From positions 32,914 to 96,913 of the IMG/VR virus record IMGVR_UViG_3300020049_010034: a DNA stretch of 64,000 nt; one strand, written 5' to 3'. Positions 45,770 to 56,800 of this stretch are shown in pieces (the first letter of the stretch is position 1; each line of letters begins with the position of its first letter). Position numbers and translations under genes: made by a program. The notes below the pieces were generated by a model. That model saw nothing but the letters and a program-made list of their open reading frames with translations, was not told the origin of the DNA and ran no database searches. Source of the DNA: a virus. Its lineage: Duplodnaviria; Caudoviricetes.

Positions 45770-46181
45770 ACCTACAGAGCAGAAGGTGGGATCTCCTAAC
45801 ATGATTTCTTTCGAAGAAGTTCACGCCATGATGTCTCATTTTACGCCGTCCGATTTTGAGAACGAGACTTCTGCCAAATCTGCCAAAAAGAGCTTTGAAG
45901 AAAAGTTTGGTTTTTTGGCTTTCGTGGCTTTGATGGCAACTTTGGAAGAAGCGTTTCGGCTGATCCTGCCTTTATCCCAGTTAAAGGTCGTGGCTGAAAA
46001 ACAAGGTATCCAAATGATCGGTAAGCACAAGAACACTAAAGCTGATTTTGAGGCAAGCTTGCGAGAATTCCAGATGCAGGTGTACGGCGAGATTATTGAC
46101 GATCGCTTTATGACCGTCCGTGATTCAGCCAAAGAAACCGAGCACATGGTTAATATGAAGACTGAAGGCGGTGTCCAGTGA
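45756..46181 (+). CDS. hypothetical protein
   Basis: Overlap coupling. Confidence 0.65.
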   Translation: MNKTKPTEQKVGSPNMISFEEVHAMMSHFTPSDFENETSAKSAKKSFEEKFGFLAFVALMATLEEAFRLILPLSQLKVVAEKQGIQMIGKHKNTKADFEASLREFQMQVYGEIIDDRFMTVRDSAKETEHMVNMKTEGGVQ

Positions 46182-46468
46182 GAAAAGTATACTTTCCGCT
46201 AGTCAGGTGGCTTGGCGCGGATGCTATTACCCTGTATCCTTTTGTTTTTTTCGCTGAGCGGAATCCCCCACCATTTCTGGTTAATCACGAACGCATTCAT
46301 ATCGACCAAATTAAAAAGCATGGAATCTTTACTTTTTACTACGGATACGTTCGCGAGTATATTCGAAACCGACTGGCTGGTATGGATCATTGGAACGCAT
46401 ATAACTCGATCAGCTACGAGCAAGAAGCTTATTTCAATATGTTTGACGTAAACTATCAGGTACAGTAA
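46178..46468 (+). CDS. HExxH metallopeptidase-like protein (DUF4157-like)
   Basis: AITLYPFVF...NHERIHIDQ...Y..ISYEQEAY. Confidence 0.7.
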   Translation: MRKVYFPLVRWLGADAITLYPFVFFAERNPPPFLVNHERIHIDQIKKHGIFTFYYGYVREYIRNRLAGMDHWNAYNSISYEQEAYFNMFDVNYQVQ

Positions 46469-46660
46469 ATGTGCAAGTGCGTGTACTGCGGAAGATTTAT
46501 CGCTGAAAAAGATTTTTCTTGTGGTCTTGCCGACGGAATGCTGATATATTGTAGTTATCCGCCCGAGCCAAGCCATGATGAGTTTTGGCATAACGCTTGT
46601 AAGGATAAGGTTTATAAAAAGTTTTCGGAGACATCCGAGAAGGGAAGTCACTCCCCATAG
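46469..46660 (+). CDS. small Cys-rich protein
   Basis: CVYCG...H..C. Confidence 0.5.
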   Translation: MCKCVYCGRFIAEKDFSCGLADGMLIYCSYPPEPSHDEFWHNACKDKVYKKFSETSEKGSHSP

Positions 46661-46834
46661 TTATTGTGACCCTGATTGGATCTGGCGACAGATTCCAGAG
46701 TTGATAGGAACGATCTTGTATAAGACGATTCTATCGGGAATGAAGGTGCCCCTTATATCCTTCTGGTAACGGGAGTTTTGCCAATTTGAAAGTGTCGATG
46801 GGCACATACTCCAAGTTTTTAAGAAAGGAACTAT

Positions 46835-47074
46835 ATGACAGACAAAGAATATTCAGAGATCGATAACACGCTACTGGAAATTAGCCAGCAGCTAAACAAG
46901 CTATCTGTACAGGTTTACGCTTTGCGGTGGAAGATCTCTGAGATGGATGGTGGTCAGATCAAGCCGAAGCATGAGTTATGGCTTCATTCAGAACCTGCTG
47001 ATCATGAAATTATCCGCTTAAAGGATCCGTACTTTCAAGAGGTCGGCGAAGATAAGTTTGGATCTCCAGAATGA
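46835..47074 (+). CDS. hypothetical protein
   Basis: GAAAGGA SD. Confidence 0.65.
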   Translation: MTDKEYSEIDNTLLEISQQLNKLSVQVYALRWKISEMDGGQIKPKHELWLHSEPADHEIIRLKDPYFQEVGEDKFGSPE

Positions 47075-47370
47075 ACAAGGAAAAACCTTCAGACGGCCTT
47101 GTTCATTGTGGTAAGTGCGGCTGGGTTCATTTTACCGTGTCTTTAAAATACGTCCGTGATTTGGAAGCGGAATGGCTTCACTATTTCAACACGAAAGATA
47201 AAGAGTGGTTAAGCCATTACGGCATTACTGACGCTCCTCCATCGTCGGATCAATACCTTGAATGTTTTAGATGTGGTGAAACCCATAAATCGATGCTAGA
47301 CGGCGTTGGCGGCAAGAATATTGACGGTCAAACTATCCAGCCTACACTGGATCCGAAAGAAGACTACTAA
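47071..47370 (+). CDS. zinc-ribbon hypothetical protein
   Basis: CGKCGWVHF...CFRCG...GQTIQP. Confidence 0.7.
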   Translation: MNKEKPSDGLVHCGKCGWVHFTVSLKYVRDLEAEWLHYFNTKDKEWLSHYGITDAPPSSDQYLECFRCGETHKSMLDGVGGKNIDGQTIQPTLDPKEDY

Positions 47371-47431
47371 TGCCTAAAATTCCCGATCGGCACATAATCG
47401 CCATGGATAGTAAATAAAAAGAGAAAAATCA

Positions 47432-47974
47432 ATGAAATATATTGTAAGCTTGGATCTTGAAATGTGCCAACCTTCAAACGCCATCTGTGAGATAGGTATC
47501 TGTATTGGTGATATACAAGAAAAAAGAATTGTGGAGACTAAGTCTTTTTTGATCAATCCTGACGAAGAAATCAGTCCTTTTATTACCACCTTGACAGGCA
47601 TTACCAATGAAATGGTCAAAGATTGTCCTGATTTAACAGGGGCGTTCAGGCAAATGTGCGATTACATCGCTCCTTTTAATTGTCATCGGCAGGTAATTCA
47701 GTGGGGAGGCGGAGATACTTACGAATTAAAAAATCAGTTATATGGCAAAATAGATCTTTCAAAAGAGTGGCCTTTTGGCAGGACAACGATGAATGTTAAA
47801 AATGTAGTTCAGGCCATAAGATGTGCTAAAAATCAACCAACACAAGGTGGACTTAAAAAAATGTGCAACGTATTTAATGTCAAGGTGGACGGACCAATGC
47901 ATAGAGCCCATAACGACGCTAGAGCTACCATGCAGTTGTATTTTAAATTGCTAGAGCTTTTAAAAGAAATTTAA
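47432..47974 (+). CDS. DEDDh 3'-5' exonuclease (DnaQ-like)
   Basis: SLDLEM (ExoI), ISPFITTLTGITNEMV, WGGGD, HRAHNDARAT (ExoIII). Confidence 0.92.
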   Translation: MKYIVSLDLEMCQPSNAICEIGICIGDIQEKRIVETKSFLINPDEEISPFITTLTGITNEMVKDCPDLTGAFRQMCDYIAPFNCHRQVIQWGGGDTYELKNQLYGKIDLSKEWPFGRTTMNVKNVVQAIRCAKNQPTQGGLKKMCNVFNVKVDGPMHRAHNDARATMQLYFKLLELLKEI

Positions 47975-47976
47975 AC

Positions 47977-48720
47977 ATGAAAGATATAGTTGGTAAAAAT
48001 TTCGGAAAGCTAAAGGTTTTAAGGCTAGATCCTAGCTATAAAACAAATCGAGGTAAAAAATGGGTGTGCGAATGTTCTTGTGGAAAACAAAGATCTTACT
48101 ATCTAACTTCGTTAGTCTTGGGCGATGCAAAAACTTGCGGGGATTATTTTTGCAGATATGGAAACCTAACGGGAAAAAGATTTGGGCGCTGGCTTGTTGT
48201 ACGGCATACGGGTAAGGGCAAGAAAAGGGCTCAGCATTATTGGGAGTGTTTGTGCGATTGTGGCACCGTTAGGGAGGTGAGAACCTCACAGCTATTAATA
48301 GGCCGCTCAACAAATTGTGGTTGTTTTGGACTACAGGCTATGAAAATAAAAAACTCCCTTCCTGTAGGGCAGTCCGCTTTAAATACCGTTTTGGGTAGAT
48401 ATAAAAGAGAGGCTAAAAAAAGAAATTATGAGTGGGATCTATCGAAAGAGGATTTTATTAAAATAACAGCTCTGAATTGTCATTATTGTGGAATTTCCCC
48501 GCTAAACAGAACAGAGTCTAGGAATGGGGCTTTTGTTTATAACGGAATAGATCGCGTAGAGAACTCTGTAGGATATACTATTAACAATACCGTGGCTTGC
48601 TGTAGGGATTGCAATCTAGCAAAATATAAAAAAACAGCAAAGGATTTTTTAGATTACATAAAAAGAGTTTTTGACTACCAGCAATCAAAAACACATATTG
48701 TAAAAACTGAAGGCGAATAA
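47977..48720 (+). CDS. free-standing HNH homing endonuclease
   Basis: Duplicated GK.FG.L.V...W.C.C.CG module; CHYCG...NGIDRVENSVGYTINNTVACCRDCNLAK. Confidence 0.9.
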   Translation: MKDIVGKNFGKLKVLRLDPSYKTNRGKKWVCECSCGKQRSYYLTSLVLGDAKTCGDYFCRYGNLTGKRFGRWLVVRHTGKGKKRAQHYWECLCDCGTVREVRTSQLLIGRSTNCGCFGLQAMKIKNSLPVGQSALNTVLGRYKREAKKRNYEWDLSKEDFIKITALNCHYCGISPLNRTESRNGAFVYNGIDRVENSVGYTINNTVACCRDCNLAKYKKTAKDFLDYIKRVFDYQQSKTHIVKTEGE

Positions 48721-48755
48721 AAACCGAGGTTGGGACAGCCGTTCACTCAATTGTT

Positions 48756-49211
48756 TTAAAGGCTAGGTATCGGCGGAAATGATACAGATCCAGTGTCAGA
48801 TCTGTCTAGCGGCTCAAGCCCAATCAAGCCCACAAAATTAAAGCTAAGTCTCAATAGCCCCGTGGAAGTTGCTGAAATGGATTGATTTGAAATTTTGGCC
48901 TGTGGGATAAAAAGCAAATCCTCTTCCGACCTTCGGTCTTGAATTCTGATTGAAACGTATGGCGCTCGTAGTATTTCATCGTACTTAGGTCTTGCACCAA
49001 CCGCTTGCAATCCGCCCGAGTTTGAAAGCCTAATCCCTTGAATCGATCCGTTAATTGAAGCCTGTGTGTTGTGGATCTCTTGCGGATACGGAATGTCAAT
49101 CCCGTATATAGGTCTCTCACCGTAGTCAAGCGAGTATGAGAAAGCCTCTGCTTGTGGATACAAACTCTCATTGATAAAAATCTTGATCGCAGCGCCCTGT
49201 AAGATGGCCAT
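48756..49211 (-). CDS. tail tube-like / baseplate tube-initiator protein
   Basis: FSYSLDYGERPIYGID...EI...INGSI...LSFNFVG tube-fold pattern. Confidence 0.65.
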   Translation of the reverse strand: MAILQGAAIKIFINESLYPQAEAFSYSLDYGERPIYGIDIPYPQEIHNTQASINGSIQGIRLSNSGGLQAVGARPKYDEILRAPYVSIRIQDRRSEEDLLFIPQAKISNQSISATSTGLLRLSFNFVGLIGLEPLDRSDTGSVSFPPIPSL

Positions 49212-50863
49212 TAGCTCTCCTCGTACACGTCGCGGTAATCACGACCCCAAACGTACTTCTTCTCGTTTCCAATATCTTCTTGCTGCCATGAACCAAGCCC
49301 AATTGGGTTTGGATAGATGATGGTGAACAAAACCTTAACACCAGCCGCCGCAATCGACCTGATTAGATCTTCGGCGTAAATTCGGCCAGCAGTGTTGTCC
49401 GTTAGGAAAAACTGGAAGTCATCTGCGTTGATATTTGGAATGTATGAGCCTTGATTTACCAAGGCTACGTCCGTTCCAGCGGATACGATTGAAACTTGAT
49501 CAGCTGCGCCAAGTACGATACCTGTCTCAGCTACCCCAGAATAATATTGAAAAGTAATCGCCGTCGGGGTAACATCCAAAATACCGTAAGGAAGCTGGTT
49601 GATTGGATCGAACTGGCTTCCAAGCGTGACGATATCGCCAGCTTGAACTCCGTTTGCTACGAAATCAAAAGGCGTTCCGCCAACCGATTCAAGCGTCATG
49701 ATGTCGTCCGTTTTGGTTAGGTCTACGACAGTTGTCCCGTCAGCTCCCGTCGTTCTTTGAACTCTTGCAGGATGGCTTTTTTGAACCACATATGCTGGCG
49801 ATAGAAGCAGGGTTGAGTCAGATGGGCGGGCAAGATACGGGATCGGCCCTTCCTGAACGTCTGAGCCTAATCCGAGCACCAAAAAACCTCTCGCGTCTGG
49901 AAAATCGACGGCTTCGCCAGTTTGCAGGGTAATAATGTTCCCTTGGTTCGGGCCGAAATCCTGATCAAGCACTGATTGAACTGCTGTGATGTTGAAAGTC
50001 GCCGTTGGGTCAAACGTGTAAGGGCCTCTTGTTTCGGGCGTTGAGAAACCTCGATCCTGAATATAAGCAGCACCTTTTCTTGAGCGTCTGACCACTCGCG
50101 TGGTGGCTGGGATGTAAATCTCAAGTAAGTTTTGCTCTTCTTGAAACTGAACCGCGTATCTAAACTGGTCGATTACGGTGATTCGTTTTGGTGTTAGATC
50201 TCTTTGCAGTGGAAACTCTAGAACATCTTGCGCACGACCGCCATAAACCTGCACCGACCCTCTCGGGCCGATCGTGTCTGAAATAAGGTAGACCTTAGCT
50301 CCATCGCCATTATCTTGCGCGAAAGCTCTCCCAGTTTTACCTTGTGACCGAATCTGCTTTGTGATCGAATCCGCAACCTCTTGGGCGGTAGCGTTTCCAA
50401 TGGATTGAAAGTCTTGCGTTCTGAAAGTGATGGTCAAAATATCGCCGTCATCATAACGAATTTTAAGCTCGTCATCGTTTTGTAAAAGATATGGTTCTGC
50501 GTTTTCGGAAACCATGTTTGCCTGAGCGACATCGTCGCCAAACAGGATCGATAATAGCTGATTGATCAAGTCTCTAACCTGTTTGCGATTAATTACCGCA
50601 ACACCGATGCGGCGGAAAATATCGTCAAGCATCCCGATCTCGGGCGGACGTGTCAGACCGTAGTCAGCCAAACGATTATCCAGATACTGCGCCGAAGCTT
50701 TGGCAATCGTGCATTGATCATTAATTGCTTGGGCGTTGTAATCAATCAAAGCAATGGCTTCCGACAAGGTCTCAAGCACCAGTTTAGTGTTCTTGCCTTC
50801 AATGTTCGGATTCAGATACTTTCTAAGCCTTTGATAGGCTGAATCTGTATCGATTACTGCCAT
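49211..50863 (-). CDS. baseplate wedge protein (gpI/gp7-like)
   Basis: ASAQYLDNRLADYGLTRP...DDIFRR; C-terminal IAAAGVKV; follows the J-like gene. Confidence 0.65.
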   Translation of the reverse strand: MAVIDTDSAYQRLRKYLNPNIEGKNTKLVLETLSEAIALIDYNAQAINDQCTIAKASAQYLDNRLADYGLTRPPEIGMLDDIFRRIGVAVINRKQVRDLINQLLSILFGDDVAQANMVSENAEPYLLQNDDELKIRYDDGDILTITFRTQDFQSIGNATAQEVADSITKQIRSQGKTGRAFAQDNGDGAKVYLISDTIGPRGSVQVYGGRAQDVLEFPLQRDLTPKRITVIDQFRYAVQFQEEQNLLEIYIPATTRVVRRSRKGAAYIQDRGFSTPETRGPYTFDPTATFNITAVQSVLDQDFGPNQGNIITLQTGEAVDFPDARGFLVLGLGSDVQEGPIPYLARPSDSTLLLSPAYVVQKSHPARVQRTTGADGTTVVDLTKTDDIMTLESVGGTPFDFVANGVQAGDIVTLGSQFDPINQLPYGILDVTPTAITFQYYSGVAETGIVLGAADQVSIVSAGTDVALVNQGSYIPNINADDFQFFLTDNTAGRIYAEDLIRSIAAAGVKVLFTIIYPNPIGLGSWQQEDIGNEKKYVWGRDYRDVYEES

Positions 50864-50864
50864 A

Positions 50865-53800
50865 TTAACTCACAATCTCGGAAACTAGAATGTCCGTAAC
50901 GGGGTTTAAGATCTTTGCTTTCTCAGCAGGGCCGATGTTAATGGTGTCGTTCAGCGGCGAATATAGCGGCGAACTGATCGCAACCGCTTTAACACCCGAG
51001 ATCACATCCACAACCGATACGATATTCGAGATCGCGATCGGCTGTCCGATTGGATTTGAGTTAATTAAAGCCGCGACATTCTGTCTGACCTGCTGTACGA
51101 TTTGCAAGAAAGGAACCCCTGTGGCGATCCTAACTTCGATTCCGACTTGGATTCTTCTGACTAGCGGTTCACGGATATAGATTTCGGCTCCAGCAGCAGC
51201 AACGCCGGGGTAGGTGGCTGGATCCTGTGCGGAGCCGTATACTATCCGATTGGACTCACCAATCAACCCTTCGTAGTACGAATAAGCATCTAGACCTACA
51301 TTGACCTGTGTTGAGAACTCAAGTTTGTTCATTGGGCTGATCGTGGTCTGAGCTTGCGAGCTGATCTTTTTGTACTGTTGGTAGCTGTCAAAAACGATGA
51401 TACCGTTTCCGTTTGAATTTGGATCTGTATACTTTTGACGAATCTTCTTGTATCCAACGTAAGGAGTTTGTTCCATTACCAGCACGTTTGGTTGATTTAA
51501 TCCTAATGGTACTGGGGCGACTGTATCGGTCATAACGCCCGATATGATAACTTGATTTTCAGATAAAACTTCTGATATAGTCCACTGAGCTTGGTTGGCT
51601 GACCCTAAGAAATTTGACGTGATCAAAAGCTTATCGTTTGGAACTGTCGCTTCGTAATCATAAAACACAAGGGACGGCCTGTGAACCTGAAGGTCTCCAC
51701 CAGCAACCCCTGTAACGCCCGTAGCGGTAGCACCCGTGCAGTTTACAAAAGTGATGATCTCGGTAGTAAGATCGATTCCTTTAACCATGAACGAACCTAC
51801 GTTGTTTCCTAAGAAAGGAAATCCTGCGAAGGTAATGATATCGCCTGCGCGAATATCTTCGAGAGAGCCTGCGCCTGACGCGATCTCCAAGGTCATCTCG
51901 CCATTTGCTTTGACAAGATCAAAAACCGTACTTCCGTTATAGCCGATCGCAATTGAGTTTAAAGAATCTTCGATCGTCTCATCAACTGACTGAGGATTAT
52001 CGATCCAGAATTCATTTTGAGTCGCCCTAATGACTCGGAAAGTTCCTTGATTTAAAATGTTGAAAGGTGATTTTAGGATGACCGTATCGCCTTCCTGAAC
52101 TTGGCCGTAAGCTTCGAAGAAACTTGATAAAGCTGCTCCAGCTTCGGCAACCACGTTCGAGTTAAGGTATTGAATCTGGGTTCCGTTTGGCGAAACCCCA
52201 GTAACCAAGAATCCTCCATCGTTATCCGAAGTCCCGTTCAGAACTAAAAGATCTCCGATGCTAACTTCTTTAAAGTTCGTATTGCCCGATAGAATCGTAA
52301 GCTGGGCAATTCCTCCGCCCGTGTCTACGATCGAGTAGTTGCCAGCAGCGGCATTGATCTCTAGCTGTTTTTGGAAGTCTGGTGGAGTTCCGACTTGGTT
52401 CCAAGAGATAGCCGTAAACAAACCTTGCTTTTCAACTTTAAAGATGCGACCCTCAGTTCGAGTGAAGTTCTTTGGAGTCCCAAAATAACGCTGTCCGATT
52501 AAGTTAGTATTAACGGTAAAGGTTGAGAGACCAGCTGAAGGCTGATTTGAATCGATCTCAACCGTTCCAGCTGAATCAAAGGTCGTTTCTTTTGCTTGAG
52601 CGGTAGCGGCTTGAACTTTCAAATACTGATCTGAAATCAAACCAACCAGTGATGGCTCTGATACGAAGATCTGAGAGTATCCATCGAAAGAAGCGGTAAG
52701 AGGAGTGTAGATCAGGGAGGCTGACGCATTTACGACGGCTTGTAGGGTATTGCCCGGGCCGCCTACGATCTGGATAGCTCCATCGGATCCAACCAGATTA
52801 GTGGCAAACTGCAACCTTCCAGCGCGATCTGCTACATCGATAGTACCCGCAAGTGAAAGTGAAGCTACGGCTGGGACGTTTAAAAAACGTACTAGCTGAG
52901 CAATGGTCGTCGGAACGATTCGGCACTCTTCGCCATCTTGGAATTCGTAGCCTGTATCGGAGGCAAGCTGTAGAGGAAGCTTTAGCGTAAAGTTCGGGCC
53001 TACAAACAACGGATCATAAGTCTGGATCCAGTTAATACCGTCCAAAAGATCGTCGTAATCAAAAGCAAAAGCGTTTAGTTGAGCGGTTGATAATTCGATC
53101 GTACCAGCCCCAGTCGTTCCGCCATCATCCACAAGAGTCGCCGTGATTAGGTTTGATAGGTTCGAAGAGGTAATAAATGTTTGAACATCCGCAGCGGTCG
53201 TGTTAGTATAGGCGTAGAATAGGATTCCGTTTACAACACCAGTAGGAGCCCCAAGCTCGGCCACGGCAACGCCAGTAGGGCGCTCAACGGTAAAGGATGT
53301 AGCGGTAAAAGATTTTACTTTAAACACACCTTGATTGGCTGGGTCAAAACCCGACTGAGTCGATACGTTAACATAATCGCCAATCACAAGAGTTGCTAAG
53401 GTTGGACTTGGGTCTGGTGAAATACCGTCCCAAGTATAAGTTACATCATCCACAACGCCAACTGAAACGGAAACATCCCAAAGCGTTGATGCTTGGATCG
53501 AAGGAGTTCTAGCTACGCCTGATTGTAAAAAGATTTTAACATTTGTTAGGTCGTTTTGTTCAACCGCAAAGGTTAACGCTTGGTTTGGAGCTTCTGGATA
53601 GAAATAGCCATATCTGACGCGCTCGCCCGATCGACCCCATTCATTTGATCTGATCAGTAGCGCGGTCTCGTTTCCAGCGACATCGCCTAAAACAGACTTC
53701 TTAGCCTGCATTAGAATCGCGAAGTTTTCAAAGTCAAAAGTGGTAAAGAAACCGTCGTCTTGAGGTAGAGCAGCAAAACCAAACGGCTTTGGAGGGCTGC

Positions 53801-56800
53801 CGTTGTCTTGGTCAAGTGCGTTGAATTGTGTGGTGTTTACGCCGAAAGTGGACGAGGTTAGTAAGCGTCTGAAAAGATTGAAAGAGAAAAGTTGATTCGC
53901 GCTATCTTTATTTAAAATTACGTTTAAGTTATCGTCAGCTGAAATGGATAAAGGTTCTCTCAAAGATACTCGGTCAATCGCGTTACGAATCCGACGGTAA
54001 AAACGATTTGGCTTCAAATCAAAGTCGGTTGGGTTAACCACGGTGATCTCGGCCACTTCGTCTTTCTGGGCTGAGTCCTGATCAGTGGTGTCCGCTGCAA
54101 GTGGCAAACTTTGCGTTAGCGGCTCGATTGATACGATCGTCTTGTTTGGGTCTTCTGTGGAAGGTATGGTCGCCGTGATGTTTGATAATGGGTTTAAAAT
54201 CGGCTCGGCGTAAGGATTTCCTTCGCTGTCGGCCTGAGCAATCAAATTGACAAAACTTGGGAATTGTCCTTCGATATATCCTGACTCGTAGAAAGCTACT
54301 TGGGAAGGTTTGGACTCATCGATCTGATAAAGTGGTAACTGTAAAATTAAAGCTTCGGCGGTAGCAACCGTGATTACAACCGAACCAGTTGAATCCCGAG
54401 TTCTGGTTTGCATGAAAAGTTGGTTGTTGTCGATCGTACCGAATACCAAACTTTCCGTTTGAAGGGTAAGCTCTGCTGCAATCTGGTTCAAAGTCTTAAC
54501 GCCAGCATCTACAAAAAGTTTCTGAGGTGTCTTGTCACAACCAAAGATATCTAGGCCGCCTGCGAACGGAACGGTCTCAGGCGTAATGTTTGACGCTTCG
54601 GTCGCTGTAACTAGAAGGGTGAAAGAATTGTTTGTCTTAGCTTGAATGCGTCCTTCTAAGAAGTTGCCTTGGTTTGATCCCGAGATACTCCCCGTGACGC
54701 TACCGTGGATTACAACGTAATCTCCAGCCTGAACTGAAGCGAATGCGTTTGCAACGGATGAGGTGTAAGTAACCTCATTACCGATTAAAGAAACTGTTAG
54801 GGTTGATCCAGAAGTAGTTCCAAGGTTCCGACGGACGTAGCTCTTATCATCGGCAAGCACCCATAAAAAAGTATCTGACAGAATGGTGACGTTTGGCGAA
54901 TTAAAAAGATCGCTTGCAAGCCTTGCCTCGGTTTCTTCCAACCCTGCGGAAAGCTCGTCTCCTGCAAGTAATGGGGAATCAAGTCTGATCTGCGCGGTGT
55001 TCGGTGAGAAAGTATAGTCTGAAGTTTGGCCTAAAGCCGATAACCCTTCAGCTTGCGTAAACATTGCCTTGACAACCAAGGTTGACGTGGTTGATATATC
55101 AAGACTCGCCTGATCAGAACGACCGCGATTGGAAACAAGTGAAATCTGGTCTCCGTCAACCTGCGCGGTAACTCCTGTAACCTTGGCGTTAATTACATTC
55201 ACCCATGATTGTAATGAGTTGGTGGAAGCTACTGTCGGGTAAGTTCCCTCTGCGATAAAATCTGCGTCCGTAAAAGTGTAGGTATTGAATCCAGTGTTAT
55301 CCACTGAAATAATCAAGGTATCGCCAGTTGCAATGGACGGATCCCACTGCGACTGATTTTGACTGCGGATTAGGGCTACTTCCCCGTCTTTTGACAAAAG
55401 CTGTTTATTCTTGTAAAGTCTTAAGGTCTGTTCTTTGGAACTTGGAAGCTGTAACTGTAAAGCCGCATCGCGTCCGCCTTGTGGCGTTGCTACCTGAATG
55501 TTTTCATTCACGTTTGTTTTAGCTTGAATGCGAACGAATGCTCCTCCGCCTTCGGTTGAAGCTTCCCAATTTAAAGTTGGGTTGTTGTTGATTGAAGCTG
55601 AGACCTCGTAGGCTGATACCGCGCCTTGGCTGATAAAATCTGAAGCTTGGAACTGATGCTGGGTTGTGGTATTCCCAACCGTGATGGCTAGAACATCGCC
55701 ACCAATCACATCAAGAGGAGTCTGATTAACTGAAAGCAAGAAAGCTTTTGCGACGTTTGCTTGATTTCCACCCGTCTGAAGCTGGAAGTTGGTTTCGCCA
55801 CCAAAAGCGTTGTCAACGATTGGTTCAACGCCGACACCTTGAGTTTTTGGTTCATAGCCAGACCCGTCGTCAACGTAAAGAATTGTGTCATTGTTTTGGT
55901 TTACACCCAAAGATGAAGACTGAACAGTTTTAGGCTCATCCTTTGGAGCGGCACCAATCACGGAAGCTGTGATTGCATTTGCTGTTCCTAAACCAGTTGA
56001 TAAACGCGCTCGTTTAATTCTAATGCGCAACTGCTCGTCCGTCTCTGGATCCTTTCCCGTTGTGAAAGGCAAGGGATTTGAAACGGTCGCCCCCGAGAAC
56101 GGCGGAACCGAAAGCTGCGAAATCGTACCAATCGATACATTCCCGATTGAGCCCACTTCAGCGCAAAGAACTGGCACGTTTTGAACTTCGGTTTCTCCAT
56201 CTAGGATTACTGCCGAAGTTGTGGTATTGAAATTAACTTGTGGGTTGATCCCTAAAGCTGGAACTGATACAACCGTGTTTACGGGAATTGATCTAGCGCC
56301 GCCTTGCGACAAAATAACCGTCTCATTGATATTGTGATACTGAGTGGTTGGTGAGGTTAAGTTTAAAGTAAAGTATGATCCGTTGTTGGTAATACTTGAG
56401 TAAGATAGCTGCTCAACATTTGGAGTGCCACGGCCAACGATAACTGAACCTGATACGGTAAAGCCCGTTGCCGTTGAAATGTTTAGTACGTTTGTACCGA
56501 TGACGGGGGCGTTTGTACCTGCGTAAATCTTGGCTGATACTTTTTCAAAAGTGGTATCTATGAAGGTTACGGTTCCGAAAGCCGCCTGTGCTGGGATGGG
56601 CTGCAAGCCTTGGTCAAATGCGATACGCTGTAAAGCTTCGCCAACCGCCCGATCAACGCTTAGGTCGCGCTCAATTTGAAAGATATCCCCAGAAGATCTG
56701 GCAACCGATAAAGCAACCGCTTCAAGCAGTGATAAGGAAATAGATCCAACGGTCAAATCATTGATATTTGTTTTTTGAACGTAGGCCGCTATCAATGCTC